A stretch of 46,943 bases of DNA from Chromatiales bacterium (lineage in GTDB: Bacteria; Pseudomonadota; Gammaproteobacteria; Steroidobacterales; BM003), in assembly GCA_029864735.1 (NCBI GenBank), contig JAOTSW010000002.1, forward strand, positions 1 through 46,943, read 5' to 3'. The notes under the pieces are model-generated. The model had not been told where the DNA came from, did no database searches, and saw only the letters and a program-made list of their open reading frames with translations. The translations under genes and the position numbers were made by a program. Shown piece by piece: positions 17,952 through 26,806 of this stretch (the first letter of the stretch is position 1; each line of letters starts with the position of its first letter).

Positions 17952-18743
17952 CTACGCGGCTCCCGGATCTTTGACGATGTAGCCACCGGAGCGCTCATCC
18001 CGCTCCAGTTTTATGGTTCCACGGGTCTGCATCTCCTCCAGCAACTCACTGAAGGTACTGAACCCGTAATAGGATTCATTGAAACCCGGTTTGCGCCGCT
18101 TCAGGGTCTGCTTGACCATGGATCCCCAGATATTGCTGTCGCCGCCACGTTCGTCCGTCAGGGCGGCAATGGTCTCGGACACCAGGTCAAAGCCATCCTG
18201 CATAAGCTGTTCTTCCTTGGTCAGCTTGGCCTTGGCGACCTTTGTCGCCCGACCACCCCGACTGCGGGTTTTCTTTTTTGCCTTGGGTCTTACCAGGTCG
18301 TCGTAGAAAATGAACTCGTCGCAATTGGCAGTGAGTAGATCCGAGGTGGAGTTCTTTACTCCCACCCCAATCACAATCTTGTTGTTTTCCCTAAGCTTGC
18401 TTACCAGGGGAGAAAAATCTGAGTCGCCGCTGATAATGGCGAAGGTATCAACGTGGGACTTGGTGTAACAAAGATCCAGCGCATCCACCACCATGCGAAT
18501 ATCCGCCGAATTCTTACCTGACTGACGCACATGGGGGATATCAATCAACTCGAAGGCGGCCTCGTGCATGGGCACCTTGAAATCCCTGTAGCGTTCCCAG
18601 TCGCAATAAGCCTTCTTAACCACGATGCTGCCCTTTAGCAGCAGCCTTTCCAGAACGCATCCGATATCGAAACGGTCGTACTTGGCATCACGCACACCCA
18701 GCGCAACGTTTTCGAAATCACAGAACACTGCAATATTACTCAT
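17952..18743 (-). CDS. NYN (LabA-like, PIN-fold) domain protein with C-terminal OST-HTH/LOTUS-like domain
   Basis: The NYN signature is NIAVFCDFENV...GKNSADIRMVVDALDL...TFAIISGDSDFSPLVSKLRENNKIVIGVG. The C-terminal region (WGSMVKQTLKRRKPGFNESYYGFSTFSELLEEMQ) resembles OST-HTH. I chose the ATG at 18743. Confidence 0.88.
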   Translation of the reverse strand: MSNIAVFCDFENVALGVRDAKYDRFDIGCVLERLLLKGSIVVKKAYCDWERYRDFKVPMHEAAFELIDIPHVRQSGKNSADIRMVVDALDLCYTKSHVDTFAIISGDSDFSPLVSKLRENNKIVIGVGVKNSTSDLLTANCDEFIFYDDLVRPKAKKKTRSRGGRATKVAKAKLTKEEQLMQDGFDLVSETIAALTDERGGDSNIWGSMVKQTLKRRKPGFNESYYGFSTFSELLEEMQTRGTIKLERDERSGGYIVKDPGAA

Positions 18744-18856
18744 ATCGTTCTGGCTCACACGCGTCTCCCGTTCGTGCATTAAGAAGTACAATTATACTCT
18801 GAATGCCCGTTATATACTTTAAACCGGCATTTACGAATCGATCCCCAAGGGGCGTC

Positions 18857-20671
18857 ATGTCTTCACTTGAACAAGTCGCAATTTTTCTCGCTGCAGCCAC
18901 CCTGTGTGTCCCGCTGTTCAATCGACTTGGACTGGGTTCGGTATTGGGCTACCTTGCTGCCGGACTGATCATCGGTCCATCGGTGTTGGGCCTGATCACC
19001 AACGTGGATCAGATTCTTCACTTCGCCGAGATCGGCGTCGTGCTGCTGATGTTCGTTATCGGACTGGAGTTACAACCCGCCCGCCTGTGGGTATTGCGAG
19101 GACCGATTTTTGGTCTTGGCGCCGCCCAGGTACTGATAACCGGGTCACTACTGAGCCTGGCAGCCTGGCAATTCGGTATGGCCCCCGGGGCGGCCATATT
19201 AATTGGCCTGTCGCTGGCCCTGTCCTCCACCGCCTTCGTCCTGCAACTTCTGGGTGAACGCAAACAACTGGGCACACGGCACGGCAAGGCGAGTTTTGCG
19301 ATTCTTCTTTTCCAGGACCTGGCCTTTGTTCCCATGCTGGCCCTGGTGAATCTGCTCGCCGAGGCGCCTACCGACGAGATCGCCAGCAATCCGATCACCG
19401 AGTTATTCATGATCCTGGCTGCGGTGGTCCTGCTACTGGTCATTGGACACTACATGCTACGTCCGCTGTTCCGGGCCGTGGCCTCCCTTTCGGATATCTT
19501 TACCGGCGCGGCGTTACTGGTCGTACTGGGCGCGGGCATCCTTATGGAACACGTGGGTGTCTCCATGGCCATGGGCGCATTCATCGCAGGCGTCATGCTG
19601 GCGGACTCCGAGTACCGTCATGAACTGGAAGTCACGATTGAGCCGTTCAAGGCCCTGCTGCTTGGCTTGTTCTTCCTCGCCGTGGGTATGTCCATACAAG
19701 TCCAGGCATTGGTCGATGCCCCAATGACAATCCTGGGGCTGGTTCTTGGACTGATGCTGATCAAAACCACAGTGCTGCTGGTCCTTGGCCGAATTTCCGG
19801 ACTCGACTGGCACCGAGCCAGGCGACTTGCCGTGGTACTTAGCCAGGGCGGTGAATTTGCCTTCGTGATACTCGGCGCATCCACCCTGCTTGGAGTTGTT
19901 CCCCAGGCCCAGGGCAATACCCTGATACTGGTAGTCACCGTTTCCATGGTACTGACGCCCCTTCTCGTAAATTTCAACGAGGGACCGCTGGCCCGGTTGC
20001 TGGAAAAAACACCTCCGCCCCAGTACGACGAGATCGAGGAAGCCGAAAACCCGGTCATCCTGGTTGGCTTCGGACGCTTTGGACAAATTATTGGACGCAT
20101 ATTGGCGTTACGGGGCATTCATTTCACCGCCCTGGAATCCAGTGCCTCCCAGGTGGATTTCGTTCGCCGCTTTGGCAACCAGGTGTATTACGGCGACCCC
20201 ACCCGCCTGGAATTATTACGCTCTGCTGGCGCCGACAAGGCCAAACTAATCATCATTGCCATGGACGACAGCGACGCCGCCTTGAAACTGGCGGAGCTGT
20301 GCAAAAAGCACTTTCCCAACCTGGCCATCTTCGCGCGGGCCAGAAACCGGCAACACGCTCACCTGCTCATGAATATCGGCGTGACGGGCCTGATTCGAGA
20401 TACCTTCCTGTCCAGCCTGGACCTTGCACAGCAGGTCCTTGTCGCACTGGGGGATTCCCGGGAAACAGCCGCCGACACAGTCACCCGATTCCGGGAACAC
20501 GATGAAAAGAACCTGGTGAGACAGCACGCGATCCAGCATGACGAGCACATGCTTATCCAGAATTCCCTGGAGGCTGCAGAAGACTTGCGACGACTGTTCG
20601 AGGCAGACTCCAGGTCGGAGGCCGCTGTACGGGAGAGCGTCGAGGCAGCGGGGCCAACGGAGTCCGGATAA
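18857..20671 (+). CDS. kefB: glutathione-regulated K+ efflux type CPA2 monovalent cation:proton antiporter (KefB/KefC-like) with TrkA-N domain
   Basis: The N-terminus reads FLAAATLCVPLFNRLGLGSVLGYLAAGLIIGPSVLG. The protein has a multi-TM Na_H exchanger core. The C-terminal Rossmann KTN domain reads VILVGFGRFGQIIGRIL. I chose the ATG at 18857. I cannot decide between KefB and KefC from the sequence. Confidence 0.9.
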   Translation: MSSLEQVAIFLAAATLCVPLFNRLGLGSVLGYLAAGLIIGPSVLGLITNVDQILHFAEIGVVLLMFVIGLELQPARLWVLRGPIFGLGAAQVLITGSLLSLAAWQFGMAPGAAILIGLSLALSSTAFVLQLLGERKQLGTRHGKASFAILLFQDLAFVPMLALVNLLAEAPTDEIASNPITELFMILAAVVLLLVIGHYMLRPLFRAVASLSDIFTGAALLVVLGAGILMEHVGVSMAMGAFIAGVMLADSEYRHELEVTIEPFKALLLGLFFLAVGMSIQVQALVDAPMTILGLVLGLMLIKTTVLLVLGRISGLDWHRARRLAVVLSQGGEFAFVILGASTLLGVVPQAQGNTLILVVTVSMVLTPLLVNFNEGPLARLLEKTPPPQYDEIEEAENPVILVGFGRFGQIIGRILALRGIHFTALESSASQVDFVRRFGNQVYYGDPTRLELLRSAGADKAKLIIIAMDDSDAALKLAELCKKHFPNLAIFARARNRQHAHLLMNIGVTGLIRDTFLSSLDLAQQVLVALGDSRETAADTVTRFREHDEKNLVRQHAIQHDEHMLIQNSLEAAEDLRRLFEADSRSEAAVRESVEAAGPTESG

Positions 20672-20745
20672 TGCCCGCCGCCTGCACCGGTAAGGGCCAG
20701 TCTGCGCTACCATGGGGGTCGGAAGCGGTTCTGGTAGTTCAATAA

Positions 20746-21618
20746 ATGAAACCTTATCCCGATCACTTGCTCACCGACGGCCAGAACGAGGCCGGCGGCG
20801 CAGCCTGGCAGCAGTGGCTCTTCGTGCTTATCTTCAAGCACGACACACCCACGGGGAAACTCTTCGACCTTCTACTGATCGTGGCTATCCTGGCCAGCGT
20901 GCTGGTTCTGGCCCTGAGCACCGTCAGCAAGTTCCATTTCCAGTATTCAACATGGTTCTACTACCTGGAATGGATATTCACGGTGTGTTTCACCCTTGAG
21001 TACCTGCTGCGACTGGCCTGCGTGAAAAGCAAGCGCACCTATTCCCGAAGCTTCTACGGCATCGTGGACCTGCTGGCCTTCTTGCCGTCTTACCTTCAAC
21101 TGATCTTCCAGGGCGCAAGCTACCTGTTGATCGTCCGCATCATTCGAGTCCTTCGCATCTTCAGGATTCTCAAGCTCACCCGCTATGTGGGTGAAGCAGA
21201 CGCATTGATGGAGGCGGTGCACGCCAGCCGCAGAAAAATCCTGGTGTTCATCTACGTGGTGTTCACCCTGGTGGTGGTGTGCGGGTCCATCATGTACCTG
21301 ATTGAAGGTGAGGAACACGGCTTTACCAGCATCCCGGCAAGCATTTACTGGGCGGTAGTCACCCTGACCACCGTGGGTTATGGGGATATTTCCCCGCAGA
21401 CGCCGATGGGTCAGTTCATCGCCTCACTGGTCATGGTCATGGGCTACGGCATCATCGCCGTACCTACCGGAATCTTCGCTGCCGAACTGGGACAGGTCAT
21501 GGTGCGTCGCCGGCATAACGACAAGCGGTGTAGGGCATGCGGATTAACCGGTCACGACAATGATGCCGCCTATTGCCGCGGCTGCGGTAGCTCGCTTGAG
21601 GTGATGGAGGAACAATGA
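20746..21618 (+). CDS. voltage-gated-type (6TM) potassium channel with C-terminal CxxC-x11-CxxC tail
   Basis: The S4-like arginine repeat is RIIRVLRIFRILKLTR. The selectivity filter is TLTTVGYGD. The C-terminus reads CRACGLTGHDNDAAYCRGCG. Confidence 0.92.
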   Translation: MKPYPDHLLTDGQNEAGGAAWQQWLFVLIFKHDTPTGKLFDLLLIVAILASVLVLALSTVSKFHFQYSTWFYYLEWIFTVCFTLEYLLRLACVKSKRTYSRSFYGIVDLLAFLPSYLQLIFQGASYLLIVRIIRVLRIFRILKLTRYVGEADALMEAVHASRRKILVFIYVVFTLVVVCGSIMYLIEGEEHGFTSIPASIYWAVVTLTTVGYGDISPQTPMGQFIASLVMVMGYGIIAVPTGIFAAELGQVMVRRRHNDKRCRACGLTGHDNDAAYCRGCGSSLEVMEEQ

Positions 21619-22199
21619 CCCGGGAACCTAAAACCGAGCACATCACTCGCAGAGTTTACTCGGGCAAGGTCATTGATCTGGAAATCAGCGAAGTCACCCT
21701 TCCCAACGGCGTGACGACCCGGCTGGAATTGATTCGCCATCCCGGGGGTGCAGCCACCGTGGCCCTGGATGAAAAGAACCGGGTATGCCTGCTCAGGCAA
21801 TACCGGCACGCCGCGGGAGGTTGGTTGTGGGAACTTCCCGCAGGAAAAATCGATAACCGCGAACCACACCTGGAAACCGCTCAGCGAGAACTGGCCGACG
21901 AGGCAGGCGCAGGCGCTTCAGACTGGATTTCCCTGGGCCAGGTGCTGCCCTCACCCGGGGTATTCAACGAAGTCATATACCTGTGGCTGGCCCGCGGCCT
22001 GTCCCAGGTCTCGCAAGCACCGGAGGAAGACGAACTACTGGAAGTTCACTGGCTGGATTTCGAGGAAGCCTGGGCCATGGCCCTGGACGGACGGATTCGC
22101 GATGGCAAGACCCTGGCGGGACTCTTGCGAGCCCGATCCTATCTCTACAAGCACAACGATACAGACCCCCAGGAGCCACAGAACCATGAAACTATATGA
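21615..22199 (+). CDS. NUDIX hydrolase (ADP-ribose pyrophosphatase-like)
   Basis: The Nudix box GKIDNREPHLETAQRELADEAG fits Gx5Ex7REUxEExGU. The start ATG overlaps the channel gene stop (ATGA at 21615-21618). Confidence 0.88.
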   Translation: MTREPKTEHITRRVYSGKVIDLEISEVTLPNGVTTRLELIRHPGGAATVALDEKNRVCLLRQYRHAAGGWLWELPAGKIDNREPHLETAQRELADEAGAGASDWISLGQVLPSPGVFNEVIYLWLARGLSQVSQAPEEDELLEVHWLDFEEAWAMALDGRIRDGKTLAGLLRARSYLYKHNDTDPQEPQNHETI

Positions 22200-22818
22200 C
22201 TACACCCGGGCCCCCAACCCGCGCAGAGTACGGATTTTCATGGCGGAGAAAGGAGTAGAGATTCCCCTGGAAACAGTAGACCTGGGGACGGACGCCCAGT
22301 TCGACGAGGCCTTCACCAGGCGGAATCCATTCCGCACGGTTCCGGTGCTTGAACTCGATGACGGTACGCATATCAGCGAGTCGATAGCGATCTGCCGCTA
22401 CCTGGAGGCGCTGTACCCGGAGCCACCCCTGTTTGGCAGCACTGCGCTGGAACAGGCCCTGGTAGAAATGTGGAGCCGGCGGGCCGAACTCACCGGCCTG
22501 CTGCATGCGGCGGAAGTGGTTCGCAACTCCATACCGTTTTTTGCCGACAAGGCACTACCGGGCGTCGAGGGCGGATCACCACAAATCGAGGCACTGATCG
22601 AGCGGGGAAAGGCCGGCCTGGAAAGGTTTTTCACGGCCTTCGACAAGCAGTTGGAAAACAGCGAATTCGTGGCCGGTGACCACTACAGCGTGGCCGATAT
22701 CACAACCCAGGTAACCATCGAATTTGCCGGATGGCGAAAGATAGGGATACCCGATCAGTGCAAGAACCTGGCCCGCTGGTACCAACAGGTTTCCGCAAGG
22801 CCCAGCGCAAAAGCCTGA
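22186..22818 (+). CDS. glutathione S-transferase family protein
   Basis: The N-terminus MKLYDYTRAPNPRRVRIFMAEKGVEIPLETVDL... has a thioredoxin-like N domain with the VPVLELDDGTHISESIAICRYLE motif, followed by a helical C domain. The ATG at 22186 overlaps the Nudix 3' end by 14 nt. The 356-aa track ORF (21748-22818) is the same frame running open upstream. Confidence 0.88.
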   Translation: MKLYDYTRAPNPRRVRIFMAEKGVEIPLETVDLGTDAQFDEAFTRRNPFRTVPVLELDDGTHISESIAICRYLEALYPEPPLFGSTALEQALVEMWSRRAELTGLLHAAEVVRNSIPFFADKALPGVEGGSPQIEALIERGKAGLERFFTAFDKQLENSEFVAGDHYSVADITTQVTIEFAGWRKIGIPDQCKNLARWYQQVSARPSAKA

Positions 22819-22832
22819 CAGCGCGTATCCGG

Positions 22833-23492
22833 CTAGTCCGGCCGGGGGCGCAGCCGGTAAACGCTTTCCTGCATGTAGGTGAGCCCCCGCTGCTTGAAGC
22901 GAGGGTTATCCTCAATGACATCACTACTGTTCAGCACATCGATCTGGAATTTTTCGCCATATAGCTCTCCGACCTGTTCGGGAGTCACCGAGAAGGGCGG
23001 TCCACTCATGGCTTGCTGATCATACTCAATGCAGACCACCATCTGTGGGACCTCAGGGAGCAGCGACCTGAGCAGTGCAGCGTAGCTCTCTCTCAGGTCC
23101 TGGGGCATAGCCACCAGGGCCGCCCGGTCATACACCGCCGTCACACCCTCAAGATGCACCGGCTCCAGGTGAAAGAAATCCCCACACAGGATTTCGATCC
23201 CTTCGGCGCTATAGCAACGAAACTCGGCGGAGGCCTGCTCGCGAGGCTGCCTGCCCCACTCCTGAAAAAAGTGCTCCACCGCCAGTTGGCTCAGTTCAAC
23301 CCCCAGCACGTACCAGCCCTGCTCCGCCAGCCAACGTAAATCGAGACTCTTTCCACACAGGGGCACTAACACCCGACCAGGCGGCTCGCCGGCGAATTCA
23401 CGCCAAAACCTTCTCAAATAGACGTTAGGCTCATCCTCGTGAAAACCTATCTGGTTTTGGGCCCAGCGCTGATGCCAAAAATCCGGATTCAT
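22833..23492 (-). CDS. tpm: thiopurine S-methyltransferase
   Basis: The sequence FWHQRWAQNQIGFHEDEPNVYLRRFW...VLVPLCGKSLDLRWLAEQGWYVLGVELSQLAVEHFF is the characteristic TPMT N-terminus with its SAM-binding segment. I chose the ATG at 23492. Confidence 0.9.
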   Translation of the reverse strand: MNPDFWHQRWAQNQIGFHEDEPNVYLRRFWREFAGEPPGRVLVPLCGKSLDLRWLAEQGWYVLGVELSQLAVEHFFQEWGRQPREQASAEFRCYSAEGIEILCGDFFHLEPVHLEGVTAVYDRAALVAMPQDLRESYAALLRSLLPEVPQMVVCIEYDQQAMSGPPFSVTPEQVGELYGEKFQIDVLNSSDVIEDNPRFKQRGLTYMQESVYRLRPRPD

Positions 23493-23634
23493 GATCCACC
23501 TCGCCAATGCAGAAGGGTTGTAAGCGAAAGTATCACTGCGGAACAAATATTGAAAATAGGGAACACGCCCTGTACATGGTTGTTGAAGCGTTTAGAATGC
23601 ATCCGTACCAATCACCTGCGGACAAGATGATCAC

Positions 23635-25074
23635 ATGGCCAACATTCTCGTCGTAGGCGCAAGCGGTTATATCGGCACCCACCTGGTGCCTGAACTGCAA
23701 CAACAGGGGCACAGGGTGCGCGCGGCCGCCCGGCAGGTGAAGGTCCTGGAAGGCCGAAACTGGCCGGATGTCGAGTGCGTCCAGGCAGACGTGCTGGAGC
23801 CCGAATCATTGGATGAAGCGCTCAAGGGCATGGACATCGCCTACTACCTGGTGCACTCCATGGCGGCCGGCAGTCGCTTCGACGAGCTTGAGCGGCAAGG
23901 GGCGAAAAATTTTGCCGCCGCGGCCGAGCGCAGCGGCCTCAAGCGCATTATCTACCTGGGCGGGCTGGTACCAGAGACCACCAAATCTTCGCGGCACATC
24001 GAGTCCCGGGAACGAACGGGCAGCTTGCTCAGGAAAGGCTCGGTCCCGGTAACCGAACTGCGGGCCGGGATGATCATCGGGCCGGGCTCAGCCGCCTGGG
24101 AGGTGATCAGGGACCTGGTCAATCACCTGCCGGTCATGGTGACTCCCCGCTGGGTAAATTCTCTCTCGCAACCCATTTCCCTGGACAATATCCTGGGATA
24201 CCTGACGGGCCTTGCCAGTCTGCCTGAAACCGAGGGGCTGATTTACGATGCGCCCGGCCCCGAAACCCTCACCTATGAAGAAATGATGCTGCAGTATGGG
24301 GAATTGGTGGACAAGCACCCGCACATATTCAGGGTACCCGTACTGACTCCCAAACTGTCCTCCTACTGGTTGCGCCTGGTAACCTCGGTTCCTGCCAACA
24401 TCGCGCGCGCCTTGATGGAGGGACTGCAGTACAACTTTGTTTCCACCGGCCCCACGCTTCGCGAGGTAATTCCCCAGTACCTGATGAATTTTCGCGAGTC
24501 CGCCAAGGCGGCTCTGGCGGCAGACAGAGAGAACAAAATCGTCGCCCGATGGGTAGAAGGCGCGATTAGCTGTCGCGGCTTCAATAGCGAGTACAGCTTC
24601 TACGCCAAGCGCGCATCGGGACATATTCTCACCACGGCCAGTCGCGAACAGCTCTGGGCGACTATTTGCCAGATCGGACACAATAACCAGTATTTCTATG
24701 CCGACTTTCTGTGGTTTGCGCGACGGACACTGGACTGGGTCGTCGGCGGCCCCAGCTTCAGACGCCCCAGGCGTCACCCCAGGGACCTGCAGGTCGGAGA
24801 TATCGTGGACTCATGGAGAGTAATCGGTATTGAGCCCACCCGGAGTCTTACCCTGCAAATGGAAATGCGGATGCCCGGAGCCGCGGTGCTGGAATTCGAG
24901 ATTGAAGCTATTGGCGACCAGCGGCGCCTTAGCGTCAACGCGTATTTCCATCCTGCTGGATTGCCAGGACTACTTTACTGGTACACCCTGCTTCCCCTGC
25001 ACGGAATGATATTCCGGGGAATGACCCGGAATATCGCCAAGCTGGCGTTGGAAGAGTCACCGGGTGCGCCCTGA
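23635..25074 (+). CDS. NAD(P)H-binding SDR/NmrA-like protein with C-terminal DUF2867-like domain
   Basis: The N-terminal Rossmann motif is ILVVGASGYIGTHLVPEL. The roughly 170-aa C-terminal extension fits the common atypical-SDR + DUF2867 architecture. Confidence 0.8.
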   Translation: MANILVVGASGYIGTHLVPELQQQGHRVRAAARQVKVLEGRNWPDVECVQADVLEPESLDEALKGMDIAYYLVHSMAAGSRFDELERQGAKNFAAAAERSGLKRIIYLGGLVPETTKSSRHIESRERTGSLLRKGSVPVTELRAGMIIGPGSAAWEVIRDLVNHLPVMVTPRWVNSLSQPISLDNILGYLTGLASLPETEGLIYDAPGPETLTYEEMMLQYGELVDKHPHIFRVPVLTPKLSSYWLRLVTSVPANIARALMEGLQYNFVSTGPTLREVIPQYLMNFRESAKAALAADRENKIVARWVEGAISCRGFNSEYSFYAKRASGHILTTASREQLWATICQIGHNNQYFYADFLWFARRTLDWVVGGPSFRRPRRHPRDLQVGDIVDSWRVIGIEPTRSLTLQMEMRMPGAAVLEFEIEAIGDQRRLSVNAYFHPAGLPGLLYWYTLLPLHGMIFRGMTRNIAKLALEESPGAP

Positions 25075-25075
25075 G

Positions 25076-25690
25076 TCAGTTGGCGTTCAATGCCGCCAAT
25101 TGCCTGTCATGAAGTCGTGACAGACCCAGCTGGGCCAATATTGCTCCACACAGGGCGAGGAACATGTCCCACTGGGTATCCCAGATATCGCCCTGGGTCG
25201 CCAGGAACTCATCGGCCTCCCCGCCCATATACAATGCGACCCACCACTCGATGAGTTCATAAAAGGCCGAAATAGCCAGGGCCACGCAGGTAACCAGCAG
25301 GAACAACCAGCCTCCTCGCTTCAGGGGCGTGAGGCGAAGCAATAGCTCCCTGGCCACCATGGCCGGAATAAAACCCTGTGCCACGTGCCCGAGGCGGTCA
25401 TAATGGTTACGCGCCAGGTCCAGCAAGTCCTGCACCCAGAATCCCGCGGGTACCCGGGCATAGGTGTAGTGGCCGCCGGTAATCAGTATGAGCGCATGGA
25501 CAGTAATCAGTATGTAGACCATGTCGGTCAGGCGAAAACGATCGTAGGTAAACCAGAGCACTGGCGCAGCGATCAGCACCGGTCCGACCTCCAGGTACCA
25601 TGTCGCCCGATCAAAGGGCTGGTAAGCCGAGATCGCCATTGCAAGCGCAACCAGACCTAACAATGACAGGTGGAGTACTCTTGAATTCAT
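25076..25690 (-). CDS. DUF2238 (YjdF-like) inner membrane protein
   Basis: This multi-TM protein contains TGGHYTYARVPAGFWVQDLL...RNHYDRLGHVAQGFIPA, which is typical of the YjdF/DUF2238 family. I chose the ATG at 25690. Confidence 0.8.
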   Translation of the reverse strand: MNSRVLHLSLLGLVALAMAISAYQPFDRATWYLEVGPVLIAAPVLWFTYDRFRLTDMVYILITVHALILITGGHYTYARVPAGFWVQDLLDLARNHYDRLGHVAQGFIPAMVARELLLRLTPLKRGGWLFLLVTCVALAISAFYELIEWWVALYMGGEADEFLATQGDIWDTQWDMFLALCGAILAQLGLSRLHDRQLAALNAN

Positions 25691-25870
25691 ATCTACTCTC
25701 GCGTGGCTCGAACCTGGTGAGAATCCCAGCATACCTGTGCATCAAAGCCTGTAACACTCCCGCCCCAGGCCAACGGGTTGAAATTTGTTCGCAGCAGATG
25801 AAGAATTCAGGGCCATATAAAGACTTGTGCGGGAACGCTCTGAACTGGCTGACTATCGGAATTTCGACTA

Positions 25871-26806
25871 ATGATTGAAACCCAATCTGTCTCAAAACGC
25901 TTTGGCAGCCTGCTCGCTGTCGACCAGTTGAGTTTCTCGGTAAGCCCCGGGGAAGTGCTGGGTTTTCTTGGTCCGAACGGCGCAGGAAAATCCACGACCA
26001 TGAAAATGATCACCGGCTTTATCGCCCCCAGCGAGGGACGGATACTGGTGTACGGTCACGATGTGGAAAACGACCCCATCCAATGTAAACGACAGATTGG
26101 CTACCTGCCGGAAGGCGCGCCAAGTTATGGCGAAATGAATCCCCTGGCCTTCCTGGAGTTTATCGCTGACTTGCGCGGCCTGCAGGGCACAATCCGGCGG
26201 CAGCGACTGGACTATGTGATTGATCGACTGGCGCTGGGATCGGTTCTTAAACAAAGCATCGACACACTGTCCAAGGGATTCAAACGGCGAGTGGGACTCG
26301 CCCAGGCGGTGCTTCATGACCCCCGGGTACTGATCCTGGATGAACCTACCGATGGCCTGGATCCGAATCAGAAACACGAAGTCAGGGACCTGATCCGTGA
26401 CATGTCCAGCGACAAGATCATCGTCATCTCCACCCATATCCTGGAAGAAGTTGAGGCGGTCTGTAATCGCGCAATGATAATTTCCCGTGGCAAATTGCTG
26501 GCTGATGACACACCGGCGAATCTGGCGGCCCAGTCTCCCGGCCACAACACCGTGCACCTGGTTATGGGCAACAGCAGCCAGGCCGCCGAGCTGGCAACTG
26601 AGCTGGAACAACTCGACCCGCCCCCAAGAGTGGAGAGACTCGAGGATGGACTGTCGCTCAAGGCTATTCCCCCTGCGGGCCGGGAAATTCTCCCGCAACT
26701 CCAGCAAGTACTGGTGAACAAGGGCTGGGCGCCCTCACAACTGTTCGTGGAACGGGGAAAACTGGATGACGTCTTCCGCAGCATCACCACCGGGGGAAGG
26801 CCATGA
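25871..26806 (+). CDS. ABC transporter ATP-binding protein (ABC-2 / GldA-like)
   Basis: Walker A is GPNGAGKSTT, the signature is LSKGFKRRV and Walker B is LILDEPTDGLD. Confidence 0.93.
   Translation: MIETQSVSKRFGSLLAVDQLSFSVSPGEVLGFLGPNGAGKSTTMKMITGFIAPSEGRILVYGHDVENDPIQCKRQIGYLPEGAPSYGEMNPLAFLEFIADLRGLQGTIRRQRLDYVIDRLALGSVLKQSIDTLSKGFKRRVGLAQAVLHDPRVLILDEPTDGLDPNQKHEVRDLIRDMSSDKIIVISTHILEEVEAVCNRAMIISRGKLLADDTPANLAAQSPGHNTVHLVMGNSSQAAELATELEQLDPPPRVERLEDGLSLKAIPPAGREILPQLQQVLVNKGWAPSQLFVERGKLDDVFRSITTGGRP

Noticed and set aside
21748-22185. The track lists a 356-aa ORF (21748-22818) that overlaps most of the Nudix gene in another frame.
   Set aside because: Only the last 211 codons (from the ATG at 22186) look like a GST. 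The upstream 146 codons have no family resemblance and overlap a motif-supported Nudix gene. I take this as an open-frame run-on typical of GC-rich DNA, not a fusion or an overprinted gene.
24088-26707. Two antisense ORFs were noted: 24088-24777 (229 aa) opposite the SDR/DUF2867 gene, and 25892-26707 (271 aa) opposite the ABC ATPase gene.
   Set aside because: The sense strands have Rossmann and Walker A/B/signature motifs respectively, and the antisense products have no recognisable features.
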